DNA of 64,000 bases from a virus, in IMG/VR virus record IMGVR_UViG_3300025655_000002, positions 5,508-69,507 of that record. One strand, 5' to 3'. Below are positions 20,929 through 31,177 of the stretch, piece after piece (the first letter of the stretch is position 1; each line of letters begins with the position of its first letter). The notes beneath the pieces are model-generated. The model was not told where the DNA came from, did not search any database, and was given only the letters and a program-made list of their open reading frames with translations. The position numbers were made by a program, and so were the translations under genes.

Positions 20929-21528
20929 CTAAGGAGTAGTTTGAACTTTATTTTGTCCACCACCACCATAAGTAGCGGCTCCAACCTGAAGCATGGCGCT
21001 ACCTATACCTTGAATACCACTCATTGTATTTTGCTGCCCAGCCCCTATCATACCTTGGGCTGACTGCAAGTCTTGCTGGTAATTACCCATTTGCTCTTGA
21101 TATCTTCTATCTTTAGCTCCAGCAATAGCTTCTCTAGCCTGCATAACAGACGCTTGCTTTCTTAATTCAGACTCTTTTCTAGCCGCAGCATCCATACTTG
21201 TTAATCCAGAATATGCTGATGTTTCTTGTTGCATCATAGCTTGAAGACCCATTAAACCACCTTTTCTATCAGCTTGAGCTTTAAGAGCAGACTGTTGAGA
21301 ACGCTCTACATTTTGGACAAAATCTTTTTTTTGCTGAGGAGTCAGTCCTTCAACCTCCATTTTCTCAGCATCAGACAGGTTGTCGTAAAGCTCTTTAGGT
21401 ATTTCGTATGTCGGCCTATTTAAACCGCTCATAGCTTTTTCACCTTCTCTTCGCTGTTTTTCTCCTTGCCAGATTCCTATACCTGAACTAAGTACTGACA
21501 TTCCAGCTCCTATCGCTAACAGTGGCAT
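20929..21528 (-). CDS. Probable small ejection (pilot) protein
   Basis: Hydrophobic Gly/Ala termini with Gln-rich coiled coil, resembling P22 gp7/T7 gp14-type proteins. Confidence 0.55.
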   Translation of the reverse strand: MPLLAIGAGMSVLSSGIGIWQGEKQRREGEKAMSGLNRPTYEIPKELYDNLSDAEKMEVEGLTPQQKKDFVQNVERSQQSALKAQADRKGGLMGLQAMMQQETSAYSGLTSMDAAARKESELRKQASVMQAREAIAGAKDRRYQEQMGNYQQDLQSAQGMIGAGQQNTMSGIQGIGSAMLQVGAATYGGGGQNKVQTTP

Positions 21529-22045
21529 AATCTATGTTTTTTATAGCGTTATCAATTTGATTTTGACTTGGATTTATCTTTAAAAAATCACAAACCTCTT
21601 TAATAACTGCTTTTTGGTTACTAATTATATCTTCAAAGTTAATAAAAATATGTTGTTTATACATCACTATTGTATCTATAATTGTATAGCACATATCATA
21701 AACTTCCTCTGGAGTGTAAGATTGTTTTAATATTTTATGTATATCTGAATAACTATTCAATGCTGAATCCTTATCTCTGACACATACTATTATTTTATCA
21801 ACAAGGTCTTGATTGGTTCTGTATAGTTCTGGAGGGAAAAGCTTTATACACTGACCTTTGTATTCGTTGGTATGAATGCCGTTTATTATTTGGCTCGTCA
21901 TCTCATAGAATCCTTTTGGATTTCTATCGATAATTTCCTTATGTTCGTCTATGAATTTTTCAGCAGGCGTGTTAAAACCTAGCTCTAAAAGCGTTTGCAT
22001 CATCATGCTCGTTCCAGTTCTAGGTGCTCCAGTTACTACAATCAT
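21488..22045 (-). CDS. Sulfotransferase-family (PAPS-binding P-loop) protein; start probably 22045
   Basis: VVTGAPRTGTSMM, NPKGFYE, VCVRD...S and FEDII...VCDFL motifs. Confidence 0.75.
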   Translation of the reverse strand: MIVVTGAPRTGTSMMMQTLLELGFNTPAEKFIDEHKEIIDRNPKGFYEMTSQIINGIHTNEYKGQCIKLFPPELYRTNQDLVDKIIVCVRDKDSALNSYSDIHKILKQSYTPEEVYDMCYTIIDTIVMYKQHIFINFEDIISNQKAVIKEVCDFLKINPSQNQIDNAIKNIDYATVSDRSWNVST

Positions 22046-22305
22046 TCTTTTTTTATTAATTCTATGAGCAAATATAGTAAAAAAGAAGATAAACTGCCAA
22101 TAAAAATATAATATAAACACTCTTTAATTTCTTGTGGAATAAAGAAATATATCAATCCAACCCAAACTCCCAAACACATTTGGCATGAAAATAGCTTTCC
22201 AAGGAAGATTGATTTCCTTGATAAAAACTCTCTAAATGGTTTTAATAATTTAGATGTAGTTAGTATTAAAACTATAGATGATATTGTTATTAAATCTAAA
22301 ATCAT
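22042..22305 (-). CDS. DUF1360-like small membrane protein
   Basis: KPFRE...LFSCQMCLGVWVG motif, TM helices. Confidence 0.65.
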   Translation of the reverse strand: MILDLITISSIVLILTTSKLLKPFREFLSRKSIFLGKLFSCQMCLGVWVGLIYFFIPQEIKECLYYIFIGSLSSFLLYLLIELIKKE

Positions 22306-25300
22306 TTTCCTGTTAATTGAGAAGGATATAATCCGATTCCAACCTCAAATAATTTAACTAACTCTGTGTCAGAATTTTCTAATGTTATCGCTAGGGAGTG
22401 ACATCTAATATTATCTCCCTCTATTATTGGGTTGTCTACATTAGGAGTGTTTTCATCCATTAATAACTCAGATTTAAAAACACCTTCATCATCAACAAAA
22501 TCATTAGAAGTTAAAGATGTTTTCTGCCCAAACTGATTGGTTGCTTCAGGCATAGAAAATGGGTGTGTGGACTCTGTTAATATAGTGCTGTAAAACTTAA
22601 TTAACCTAGGCTCTTCGTTGGAGATGAATTTTATCTTTTGTGTGAATTGCTCTCCATAAAAATTATTATAAGTATCGTTGTCGTTGTGCTTATATAACTG
22701 ACCATCTTTAAACGATATTAAAGAAGTATTGTTTGTGGAGATGTAATCTGGAATGTAAGAGTAAAAAGAAACCCATCTTCTTTTATCTATACTGAAAGCT
22801 ATTGTCTCAAATAAATAATCAGTGATTTCTTCTGTAGGTGTTAAATCAACTATTGCAACCCTACTTTCTGATGAGTCACTATCACCAGTGTTGTCAACAA
22901 ATCTTGGTTGACTAAATGAGTCTGGAACTGCAGTTTGACTTCCTGTGTAGTTTGAGTCATTAATATCACTATCGTTAGATTGAGATGGAGCTCCTATGTC
23001 TGTATCATTTAATATTTCTATATCTTCAATATTACCATGTATAGACAAAATGTATTCACCAAAACGAACATCATGCGTGCCTATAACCCTATAATCTCCA
23101 CCGCTATTTATCAGTTCTTTAAACGTGTCTGTGAAGTAGTTATGCATAAATATGCTCCCTATATCAGTAATTCCATCTCCACCAAGACTTAGCACTGTTC
23201 CTCTAGGAACGTCTACAAACCTTTTTGTGTTGCCTCTTACTGAAAAGCTTTCAGGATTGTTTCCAATGCCGAACTCGCCTGAATAATATACTATATCGCT
23301 AAGCACATTGTTCTGGCTTTTTACTGTAGCAACAGAAGTCCCTTCATTACTATATAATGTATCTTGACCTACCCTGACTTTACCTACCTTTAACCTTTGA
23401 AATATGGTTAAATCCTTATCTTCAGGAAACATTAGTTGTATAGAGCCGTATTGTTGGTCGTATTCTTCAAATGAAAAATCATTAAATGTAGATAGTCCAT
23501 TTATGTTTGTATCTGGTAAGTACGGATTAGAGTATCTTATCGTAGACTCTCTTTTTACTTGTTTAATGTTTACGTCATCTATATTAGCTCTTCCTTTATT
23601 CCAGTAATCAGAATTATAGAAGTCAGAATAACTATAACTTTCAACTATCCTTGATACTGGAGCAACCCTGTACCTTAAATATACATCACCTATGTCTAAT
23701 AGGTCTACAACAGCTGGGGAAGAAGATGTTTGGTTAGATATATTTCCAGTATGTATTCCTCCGATTATATCATAAACTTCTCCAATTTCATAATAAACAG
23801 CTTTTTCAACCCTTTTTTTAGGTGTGTACAACTCAACAAGACTTCCATCGTCAACAGTTATTCCGTCTGGAGTTTTAAACTCAATATATTTTGTGGTGTC
23901 ATCATAAGATATAACTTCAACGTCTGCGTATTGTTGGTAGTAATCACCATTATTATCTGTGATAAATCTTATTCTATCACCCTTTGAAAATGAATAGTCA
24001 AGCTCTACAGCCTCTGGTATAGTGTTGTTGTAATTATCTATATTTGTTAGTAATGCGTTTTGAGCTCCAGAAGCTACTGATGTTGTAGCGTTTAAGCTAG
24101 TTATTCTAGCGTGTATAAAACCTTTATATGCGTTCTCTTCTCCTGGTAAATATTCTATTGTTTGATTTCCAGTATAAACAAATTGATATCTTTTAGCCCA
24201 TGATGGAGGTGTGTGATTAACTGACACTCTGAGTGTTGTTTGCCCAGGTATTTGCCCAGACTGCATGTTCATTTCGCTGAAAAATGGAACATAAAATGTT
24301 TTAGAATTAGAAACATTGGTTAACCCAGAACGATTCGGTGTATCATAATAAACCATACCTATTCCATGTCTAGCCCCTTTCTTCAATGTAAGCTCACTTC
24401 TTGTAGTCCATGATGCGTATGAATTAATTCCAACAGAAGTGTAATATATAGCAGGCATAGTGTTGCCAACTTGTACTGGCCACCAGCTTCCAGTTATGTC
24501 TATTATATCCGCTTGAGGCACAAATCCCCTTACCCATACCTCTACTCTGGCTCTATCCGCTGGGTCTGAAGCGTCTACATAAGCGTAGCTTCCAGTAAAA
24601 TCAATATCAACAAGTCCTGTATTTATTGTTCCTGCGTTCTTATAGGCTAGAACTAACGCATTAGCAACATCCAATGCCGATTCACCGCCAACAGATGTAT
24701 ACTGAACAGTTTGAACATGTGTTTTTAGTTCATTGGTAGTTCCCCAATCATAGTAAGATGTGGTCATTTTGCTTATATACCTAATTCCAGCACTTGAAGG
24801 TTTGTCTACATAGAAAATACTTCTAGAGCTATCTGTAGCATATTTGACTGGGTTTGATGCGCTATTTATCTTTAGGCCTACTACTCTGTTTCCATAATAA
24901 TACCCAAAGCTATTAGCATTTGTTTGGTATGTACCTACAGACCAAAGAACTCCTGGTGTGGCTATGTCGGTTGCGTTTACACTGTTTTTTAATGGAGTTG
25001 GAAATGGTGCTGGCCTGCCATTAGCTTCCCTAGCTCCAGCTAAATAAAACGTTGTCCCATTTATTACTTTTGAGTAATTAGATGGGCTTCCAAAAACATA
25101 AACCCACTCTGGGTCAGAGAACCCTGTGTTTGGTGCCGCTAAAGGAGTGCTACTGCCGTATTCATTCCATGTGTTTGTAGCATCAATAGTTCCAACTTGA
25201 GGTGCATCAACATCTTCATTTATATCTGAATTTACCTCTATATCGATATCTATGTCTACTGGGTCGTAATTTTCAGTTATACCTCCATAAGCAACTCTGT

Positions 25301-26261
25301 TTCCATCTATAAGTGCTTGACTGTCAGACTTTAATGGAACCCAATCTTGATTTCTCATTCCTTCATTTCCATCATTGTCAATAGCTGTATATATTTCGTC
25401 ATTATAAAACTTGTACGTATAGGTTGACAAAACAGATTGGAATGTGTTGTATTTATCTTTATCTATTGTTGCTGCCAAATAAAAATCTCCGTCATTACCC
25501 TCTCTGAAAGCTATCTTTATATATCTAACATAATCATCACTGTTTTCCACCTCTATGTTTATAACATTGTTCAAGTCAGTAGGGTAGTATAGAAAAGGTC
25601 TGTATGATGCTTCATCTTTTGGGAAAGCTACCTTTGATACAGGGCTCCATGCACTTTCTTGGTTATCTCTATAAACATATTTATATCTAAATTGAAATAA
25701 CTTATTTCTAACATTATTTGTCTTTATTGAAGAGTTGCTATCGTATTCTACAGATGGAGGTTTCCCTGGAGCGGTAGCATACGCATTTATATGCTCTCTC
25801 TTTAATGGTTGTGGATATCCATTTGATTTAGCCCTATCTACATTTATCATCCCAGGCTCATTGTATCTATCGTTAAAGAACAATAAATCATCAATCATAA
25901 ATGGGTCGTCAATAAACTTGTTAGATTTAAAATTTAATAAGGGAGTTTGTAATACGGTTGTAATTACATTTGTTATAGAATCAAACTCATATATAGTATG
26001 ATTACCCCCATTATTGAATAAGAAATAATAAACTTTATTAGTCTCAAGATTATCATAAGAGCCTATGACTTTATTTACCCCTGTAGGTAGCTCAATATTA
26101 ACTATAGTGTTTCCTTTGGTATTTTCAACTGCACCTTGGTTTGCCCCGTCAGACTTTGATAACCTACAGTTTAGTGCATACCTATAGTCTCCGTTAGGGA
26201 CATATCTGTCCTCGGTGTCATAATTTAAGCCTCCTAAAAAGTTTTTCTTTTCTAACGCCAT
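22302..26261 (-). CDS. Tail muzzle / stabilisation protein (P22 gp10-like, crAss-like)
   Basis: 1319 aa; F.GGLN.D...GDYR.ALN N-terminus; G.HD...EY and W.SFYSY.P near the C-terminus. Confidence 0.75.
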   Translation of the reverse strand: MALEKKNFLGGLNYDTEDRYVPNGDYRYALNCRLSKSDGANQGAVENTKGNTIVNIELPTGVNKVIGSYDNLETNKVYYFLFNNGGNHTIYEFDSITNVITTVLQTPLLNFKSNKFIDDPFMIDDLLFFNDRYNEPGMINVDRAKSNGYPQPLKREHINAYATAPGKPPSVEYDSNSSIKTNNVRNKLFQFRYKYVYRDNQESAWSPVSKVAFPKDEASYRPFLYYPTDLNNVINIEVENSDDYVRYIKIAFREGNDGDFYLAATIDKDKYNTFQSVLSTYTYKFYNDEIYTAIDNDGNEGMRNQDWVPLKSDSQALIDGNRVAYGGITENYDPVDIDIDIEVNSDINEDVDAPQVGTIDATNTWNEYGSSTPLAAPNTGFSDPEWVYVFGSPSNYSKVINGTTFYLAGAREANGRPAPFPTPLKNSVNATDIATPGVLWSVGTYQTNANSFGYYYGNRVVGLKINSASNPVKYATDSSRSIFYVDKPSSAGIRYISKMTTSYYDWGTTNELKTHVQTVQYTSVGGESALDVANALVLAYKNAGTINTGLVDIDFTGSYAYVDASDPADRARVEVWVRGFVPQADIIDITGSWWPVQVGNTMPAIYYTSVGINSYASWTTRSELTLKKGARHGIGMVYYDTPNRSGLTNVSNSKTFYVPFFSEMNMQSGQIPGQTTLRVSVNHTPPSWAKRYQFVYTGNQTIEYLPGEENAYKGFIHARITSLNATTSVASGAQNALLTNIDNYNNTIPEAVELDYSFSKGDRIRFITDNNGDYYQQYADVEVISYDDTTKYIEFKTPDGITVDDGSLVELYTPKKRVEKAVYYEIGEVYDIIGGIHTGNISNQTSSSPAVVDLLDIGDVYLRYRVAPVSRIVESYSYSDFYNSDYWNKGRANIDDVNIKQVKRESTIRYSNPYLPDTNINGLSTFNDFSFEEYDQQYGSIQLMFPEDKDLTIFQRLKVGKVRVGQDTLYSNEGTSVATVKSQNNVLSDIVYYSGEFGIGNNPESFSVRGNTKRFVDVPRGTVLSLGGDGITDIGSIFMHNYFTDTFKELINSGGDYRVIGTHDVRFGEYILSIHGNIEDIEILNDTDIGAPSQSNDSDINDSNYTGSQTAVPDSFSQPRFVDNTGDSDSSESRVAIVDLTPTEEITDYLFETIAFSIDKRRWVSFYSYIPDYISTNNTSLISFKDGQLYKHNDNDTYNNFYGEQFTQKIKFISNEEPRLIKFYSTILTESTHPFSMPEATNQFGQKTSLTSNDFVDDEGVFKSELLMDENTPNVDNPIIEGDNIRCHSLAITLENSDTELVKLFEVGIGLYPSQLTGK

Positions 26262-26267
26262 TGTTTG

Positions 26268-27011
26268 TTATATTCTTGGAGATGACCTGTATCCTGTTCT
26301 AAATGCACTCATAAATTCAACTGCATTAAATCTGTACACCCTTTTCTCTGATTTTTTCTTCTGCTTCTCGTAGTTCATTTCAGCTAGCTGCTTTACCCCT
26401 AAATCATAACTTCTTTGATTTTGAACATACTTCCACCAAATCCAATCCTTTATTGCTTCAGTGTAATACTCCTCAACCATAAAGTTTCCGTCAATCTGCT
26501 CTAATGTTGCATAATATCTAAGGACTACAGATTCAGCACTTACTCCGCTTAATGAAATATACCCTCTATCTTTATAAACTTTAAATAGTCCATGAGCATT
26601 ACCTCCTCCTCCAGCACCATAATGCCTGCCGTTAAATTGACCGTCTTTAGTGTAATGAGATGAATTGAACCCAACAAAAGTTCCTCCAGCACCGTCACTT
26701 GCGCCAGCCACTAGGTCTCCGCATTCATCATTATTTCTTGGAGCTAAATTTCTACTATGCCCTATTGCTGATACTACTCCATTTTGTATAACACCTAAAA
26801 CAAGATAATCAATATAGTTTGACGGAAGGTCTACAGTATCGTTATCGTTAACATCTAGTATTACTTCAGTAATAGAACTCTTTATATCGTAAGTCAAGTC
26901 CTTTAGTCCAGATATAGCCATTTGAATAAACATAGGGTATCTATTATCCATTTGACTAGAATGTAGTCTTTCAATATAAAACTCTCTTACTATTTCGTCT
27001 AATTTTCTCAT
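26268..27011 (-). CDS. Tail ring protein
   Basis: LP.NYIDY motif; position upstream of muzzle. Confidence 0.6.
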   Translation of the reverse strand: MRKLDEIVREFYIERLHSSQMDNRYPMFIQMAISGLKDLTYDIKSSITEVILDVNDNDTVDLPSNYIDYLVLGVIQNGVVSAIGHSRNLAPRNNDECGDLVAGASDGAGGTFVGFNSSHYTKDGQFNGRHYGAGGGGNAHGLFKVYKDRGYISLSGVSAESVVLRYYATLEQIDGNFMVEEYYTEAIKDWIWWKYVQNQRSYDLGVKQLAEMNYEKQKKKSEKRVYRFNAVEFMSAFRTGYRSSPRI

Positions 27012-27625
27012 TTATCTATAGAGTTGTTTTCTTCATCATCCTGAATACCAAGAGTTCTTGCGTACTTTTCAAACACTTGTTCAATAACCTCGTTAACCAT
27101 GTCTACAGGAATATTTAAGTCATCATCCTCTTCAATGCTATCTAAAGGAAGTGTCATTGTTATATTCACCGTTTCTGGTAAATTTGTTTTTGTCATGTTA
27201 ACAAAATATATCCTAGCTCCTTCTCTGTAGAATCCAGTATTGCCCTCTAAACTAGAAGACTGAAGATTACTGTAAAGGTCATTAAATCCTAGCTGAACTT
27301 CAACAAATCCTCTACCTCTTGGAGTTCCTATTCTTTTTATATCTACTCCGTAAGGAAGAGATATAGTTGAAGATGGAACTGATGTGTAATATTCTTTTCT
27401 TATATTATCTTTCAATACCGAATTGCCAGATATAGTGTAATAAACACTTCCGTCAATCTCGCTAAAATCCACACTTTTACTTTCAAAGAATCTAACTCTT
27501 ATGAGGGACGCTAGAGACTGATGAACTGATAGCATTAATTCTCTTTCGTCAATACTAAATTCGTCAGTATAACCTCTGAGTCTCCTTGATATTTGTTCCG
27601 CTATTTTAGATTTACTTGTTAACAT
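27008..27625 (-). CDS. Tail ring protein
   Basis: Size and synteny in crAss-like tail module. Confidence 0.55.
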   Translation of the reverse strand: MLTSKSKIAEQISRRLRGYTDEFSIDERELMLSVHQSLASLIRVRFFESKSVDFSEIDGSVYYTISGNSVLKDNIRKEYYTSVPSSTISLPYGVDIKRIGTPRGRGFVEVQLGFNDLYSNLQSSSLEGNTGFYREGARIYFVNMTKTNLPETVNITMTLPLDSIEEDDDLNIPVDMVNEVIEQVFEKYARTLGIQDDEENNSIDK

Positions 27626-28350
27626 TATACTCCTTTATTTTCCATTCCAGACGCTGCCTGTATTAATTCCTGCTCTCTTATTCTTATTCCTATAAATTCA
27701 AGTGTAATCATAGCTATTTCATTAAAAGCTTGCTGAGGGGCATCTAAATTAGTACTTTTTGAAGAATCGTATACAGGTCTATTATTTGTAACATTATATC
27801 CCCAAACTGGCGTCTCTGGAACTCTTATATATGTTAAGTTTACCATATTTATAAGATTAGATGGTTCTATTAAAAACTTATCAGACTGAATATTAGCTAT
27901 AGCTCTTTTTTTTGTTGGAGCTATTATGCTGCTGCCTAAATTCATAGCCCATTCATTATCTTTCACAACTACTATTGGCTGTTTAACTATATTTCCATTA
28001 GACTGATACTTATGTGTTAATCTAGATAATGTCCAATACTCAGGCATTGATTGGTTGTTAATGTCTTTGTTTAAGCCATTAGGTATTGGCATTTCGCCAG
28101 AAGTAACTCTTATATCTCTTGTTTCTTTTAAATGTCTCAACCTATCAATAGATGTTTGGTCTAAATCAATAGATGTTCTAGCTATCGGCTGTCCTGGCTG
28201 GTATTCTTTTTGGTTGCCTATTTGGGAATTTGTCCATGCAAACAGCGCTTGCTTAACAGCTGAGTTAAATTGAGCTGGAGTTAAAGTGCCTCTTCCACTC
28301 TTGTTTGCAACAAGATAAACAAATGTCTTAAATTCATCAATATTAATCAT
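27625..28350 (-). CDS. Tail tubular/ring protein (portal adaptor)
   Basis: ANK..RG.LTP.QFN and Y.R.P..P.WGY motifs. Confidence 0.65.
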   Translation of the reverse strand: MINIDEFKTFVYLVANKSGRGTLTPAQFNSAVKQALFAWTNSQIGNQKEYQPGQPIARTSIDLDQTSIDRLRHLKETRDIRVTSGEMPIPNGLNKDINNQSMPEYWTLSRLTHKYQSNGNIVKQPIVVVKDNEWAMNLGSSIIAPTKKRAIANIQSDKFLIEPSNLINMVNLTYIRVPETPVWGYNVTNNRPVYDSSKSTNLDAPQQAFNEIAMITLEFIGIRIREQELIQAASGMENKGV

Positions 28351-28363
28351 AATACAAAGATAC

Positions 28364-28966
28364 TTAAATTTTTGTTCCGTATGCTATTATATTAAACTCA
28401 GATATACCACTAGATAAATTATCATTAACTCTAAATAATAGTTTATCAGTAGTACCTTTCTCTAATCTTATCCCCCATGGGTTACCAAATAGTTGTGCCA
28501 AATCAACATACACAATAATGGCATCAGCTCCACCTCCAGATAAATCTATTATCTGAGGCACATATCCTCCATTAGAAAGTCTAAAGAATTCTAGGTTATC
28601 TTTTATACCATCGTGGATTATTTGTTCTCCTACTCTTATAGACCTCCAGATAAATTCTACCCCATTGGTAAGAGCTGTTAAGTTGCCAAACTTATCCAGT
28701 TGTGCTGAAGGGTCTGCTAATTTTATTGATAAAGTTTTTATGTACTTATCAAATTCTCCGTCTGCATCTATAGAAAATTCTACTGGAGTAGTAGCACCAT
28801 TCACTCTCATATCATTACTACCAGCATTTTCAAAATAAGCTCTAAGAGGTAAAGACTCTACTACCTCATCAGTAGGTGGATGGGTGTGTATAGCAACTGC
28901 TATTTCACCCTCACCATTTATTTTGAGCTGCTTTCCATTAGCTCCTACTATTCTAGTTGTAATCAT
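28364..28966 (-). CDS. Virion structural protein
   Basis: MRVNG.TTPV.F and FG.L.ALTNG motifs; in tail module. Confidence 0.55.
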   Translation of the reverse strand: MITTRIVGANGKQLKINGEGEIAVAIHTHPPTDEVVESLPLRAYFENAGSNDMRVNGATTPVEFSIDADGEFDKYIKTLSIKLADPSAQLDKFGNLTALTNGVEFIWRSIRVGEQIIHDGIKDNLEFFRLSNGGYVPQIIDLSGGGADAIIVYVDLAQLFGNPWGIRLEKGTTDKLLFRVNDNLSSGISEFNIIAYGTKI

Positions 28967-29556
28967 TATTCTGCGTCTATATCATCTTTAAAATAACCTA
29001 TCAAAGCACAGTAGTAATTAGCTGAACCTGAGCTTACTCCTGCATTTAATTTTACAGCAACACTAGCTCCTTTTGGTAGGATGAAATCTATACCGTAGTA
29101 GTCTCTTGATGTTGGGTTAACCTGTAAGATAGCTATATCATCACCACCTGTGATAGTTCCTCCAACCTTACCTTTATAAACATCTACAGTAGCAGTTTTA
29201 CTAGAACCAAAGTTTCTATTTTGATTCATTGATACAGCAGTTTCATCTGTAATCAAATCTCCACCAGTAGGATTTCTAATTATTGTTATATAAGGACTAC
29301 TAGAGTGGGTAATACCAGTAAAAGAACCTATAGCAATAGCTTTTAATATAAAGTTATTGTCTGAATTATTTTTAAAGTATAGTAATGTAGCATCTGCTGT
29401 TATTGAAATTAATCCAGTATTAAAGTTGTAAGTGCTACCTAATTCTCCATTGTGGATTTCTTCATCTTCAGATATTGCTCTTACCTGTAATCTTTTGTCA
29501 GCCCCTACTGTTGCTCTAGCACCAGTTCCTGAGCCATCTAATATTTGTTCTGCCAT
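28966..29556 (-). CDS. Structural protein, paralog C
   Basis: MA.QI.DGSG...A.V...RL N-terminus shared with the two upstream genes. Confidence 0.65.
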   Translation of the reverse strand: MAEQILDGSGTGARATVGADKRLQVRAISEDEEIHNGELGSTYNFNTGLISITADATLLYFKNNSDNNFILKAIAIGSFTGITHSSSPYITIIRNPTGGDLITDETAVSMNQNRNFGSSKTATVDVYKGKVGGTITGGDDIAILQVNPTSRDYYGIDFILPKGASVAVKLNAGVSSGSANYYCALIGYFKDDIDAE

Positions 29557-29557
29557 T

Positions 29558-30151
29558 TTATATTATTTTTTTATTTTCAAACCAACATTGAACCTCAATA
29601 CAAGCTTCTGTTGCATAACTAGGTTTTACTGCTATACCTGCTGAAGCACCACCCGGAATAATTAAATTACCTTGATATTCTTGTATTGTATGACCTGGTA
29701 AATGTACTGTAAATTGACTAAATTGAGTACCATCTGTAATAGTTTTACCATCTCCTGAAGCAGCATAAACTGTTCCTGAAAAATCAACATTACTACCTAA
29801 GTTAGATGGAACAACTATTCCTGCATTGGCATCAGATATAAGAGTTCCTGTTGTTGGATTCTTATAAAATTTAGCTTGTAGTGAACCCATTGAAGCTCCT
29901 GTTCCACAAACCCTAACTCTATCAATGAATAAAAGTTTATCTGGGTCTGTATTCTTTACATACATAATCCCATTGAAAGACCCTGTAGTGGTTAAACTAA
30001 CAAAATCTGAAGTGATAATAAAACTTTCTCCTTTTCTATTACTGATGTCAGCAATTCTACTTTCAATTATTGAAAAAGTTTCTAATCTATTGTTTTCATT
30101 TACTCTTGCCCTGTAACCAGAACCTGAGCCATCTATTATTTCTTGTGCCAT
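29558..30151 (-). CDS. Structural protein, paralog B
   Basis: Same N-terminus and NPT.GT.IS motif. Confidence 0.65.
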   Translation of the reverse strand: MAQEIIDGSGSGYRARVNENNRLETFSIIESRIADISNRKGESFIITSDFVSLTTTGSFNGIMYVKNTDPDKLLFIDRVRVCGTGASMGSLQAKFYKNPTTGTLISDANAGIVVPSNLGSNVDFSGTVYAASGDGKTITDGTQFSQFTVHLPGHTIQEYQGNLIIPGGASAGIAVKPSYATEACIEVQCWFENKKII

Positions 30152-30152
30152 A

Positions 30153-30749
30153 TTATATCTCTACTTTTTCTTCATAAACTGTACCTGCAACAATAATACT
30201 TTGAGAAGTATTCCCTGAAGGTGGGGTATATTTAACTCCTATTGAATTTCCTTTTCTTAATACTATTGGGGCTGCATCAAATGATACTATTTGAGCAGAA
30301 CCATCTCTTCCAGTAACTGCAAAAGTTTCTCCATCTGTAAATGTATAACCTTCAGCTCCTTTATAAGCTGTAGCTGGTAATTGGTTAAAACTTGAGAAAT
30401 CTCTATTACTAGCAGCACCAACAGGAACTGCATTTGAAATTATAGTTCCTGATTTTGGGTTCTTTAATAATGTAATTGTACCGTTACCTGTACCACCTGT
30501 TGTAGCTCCTAATATAACAAGTATCTCCTTTATAACAATAGCAAATTTACCTGTATACTGAAACCACCCAACGGCTGATTCACCATCAGTTGTTAATGTC
30601 ATACTCCCTGTTGATATATTGTACCCATTACCTGTAAGCACAGCGTATTCTAACTGCTCTCTTGATATAGAATCTGTAAATAGTCTATTCTTACTATCTA
30701 CCTTTGCTCTATAGTCAAATCCACTACCATCTTCTATCTGTTGTGCCAT
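30153..30749 (-). CDS. Structural protein, paralog A
   Basis: Same N-terminus and NP..GT.IS motif. Confidence 0.65.
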   Translation of the reverse strand: MAQQIEDGSGFDYRAKVDSKNRLFTDSISREQLEYAVLTGNGYNISTGSMTLTTDGESAVGWFQYTGKFAIVIKEILVILGATTGGTGNGTITLLKNPKSGTIISNAVPVGAASNRDFSSFNQLPATAYKGAEGYTFTDGETFAVTGRDGSAQIVSFDAAPIVLRKGNSIGVKYTPPSGNTSQSIIVAGTVYEEKVEI

Positions 30750-30750
30750 G

Positions 30751-31176
30751 TTATTCTGGATTATAAATTTTTCTTAAATATTTTGAACAAAGTTTTAATT
30801 CTTCAAGCATCTCATCTTGAACCTCTGTTTGTTTTCTTATTACCTCTAGTAGTTCATTCCTCTCTTCATTCGATGTTAATATATCACTTAATATATTTAC
30901 CTCCTCTTGGTTTTCTGGTATTATATTATTTATGTATCCTTGTATTATCTCTACTAAGTCTACTACACTCTCTTCGACTGGCACTAAAACTTCGTAAGGA
31001 AATGCAGACAACACAATAACTCCTTCATTTTTCAGTACAAGCTTTCCATTATTAGCTAATACCTCTAAATTGCTTTTAGAATAATATGTCGAATCTTTTT
31101 CATTATTAGTTATTACTCTTAATAAATTTGTGTCATTTACCTCAAATATCCTTATATGTTCTGTTGGATTTGCCAC
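30751..31176 (-). CDS. Hypothetical protein with C-terminal coiled coil
   Basis: ORF (GTG start) coupled within the structural operon. Confidence 0.55.
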   Translation of the reverse strand: MANPTEHIRIFEVNDTNLLRVITNNEKDSTYYSKSNLEVLANNGKLVLKNEGVIVLSAFPYEVLVPVEESVVDLVEIIQGYINNIIPENQEEVNILSDILTSNEERNELLEVIRKQTEVQDEMLEELKLCSKYLRKIYNPE

Positions 31177-31177
31177 A

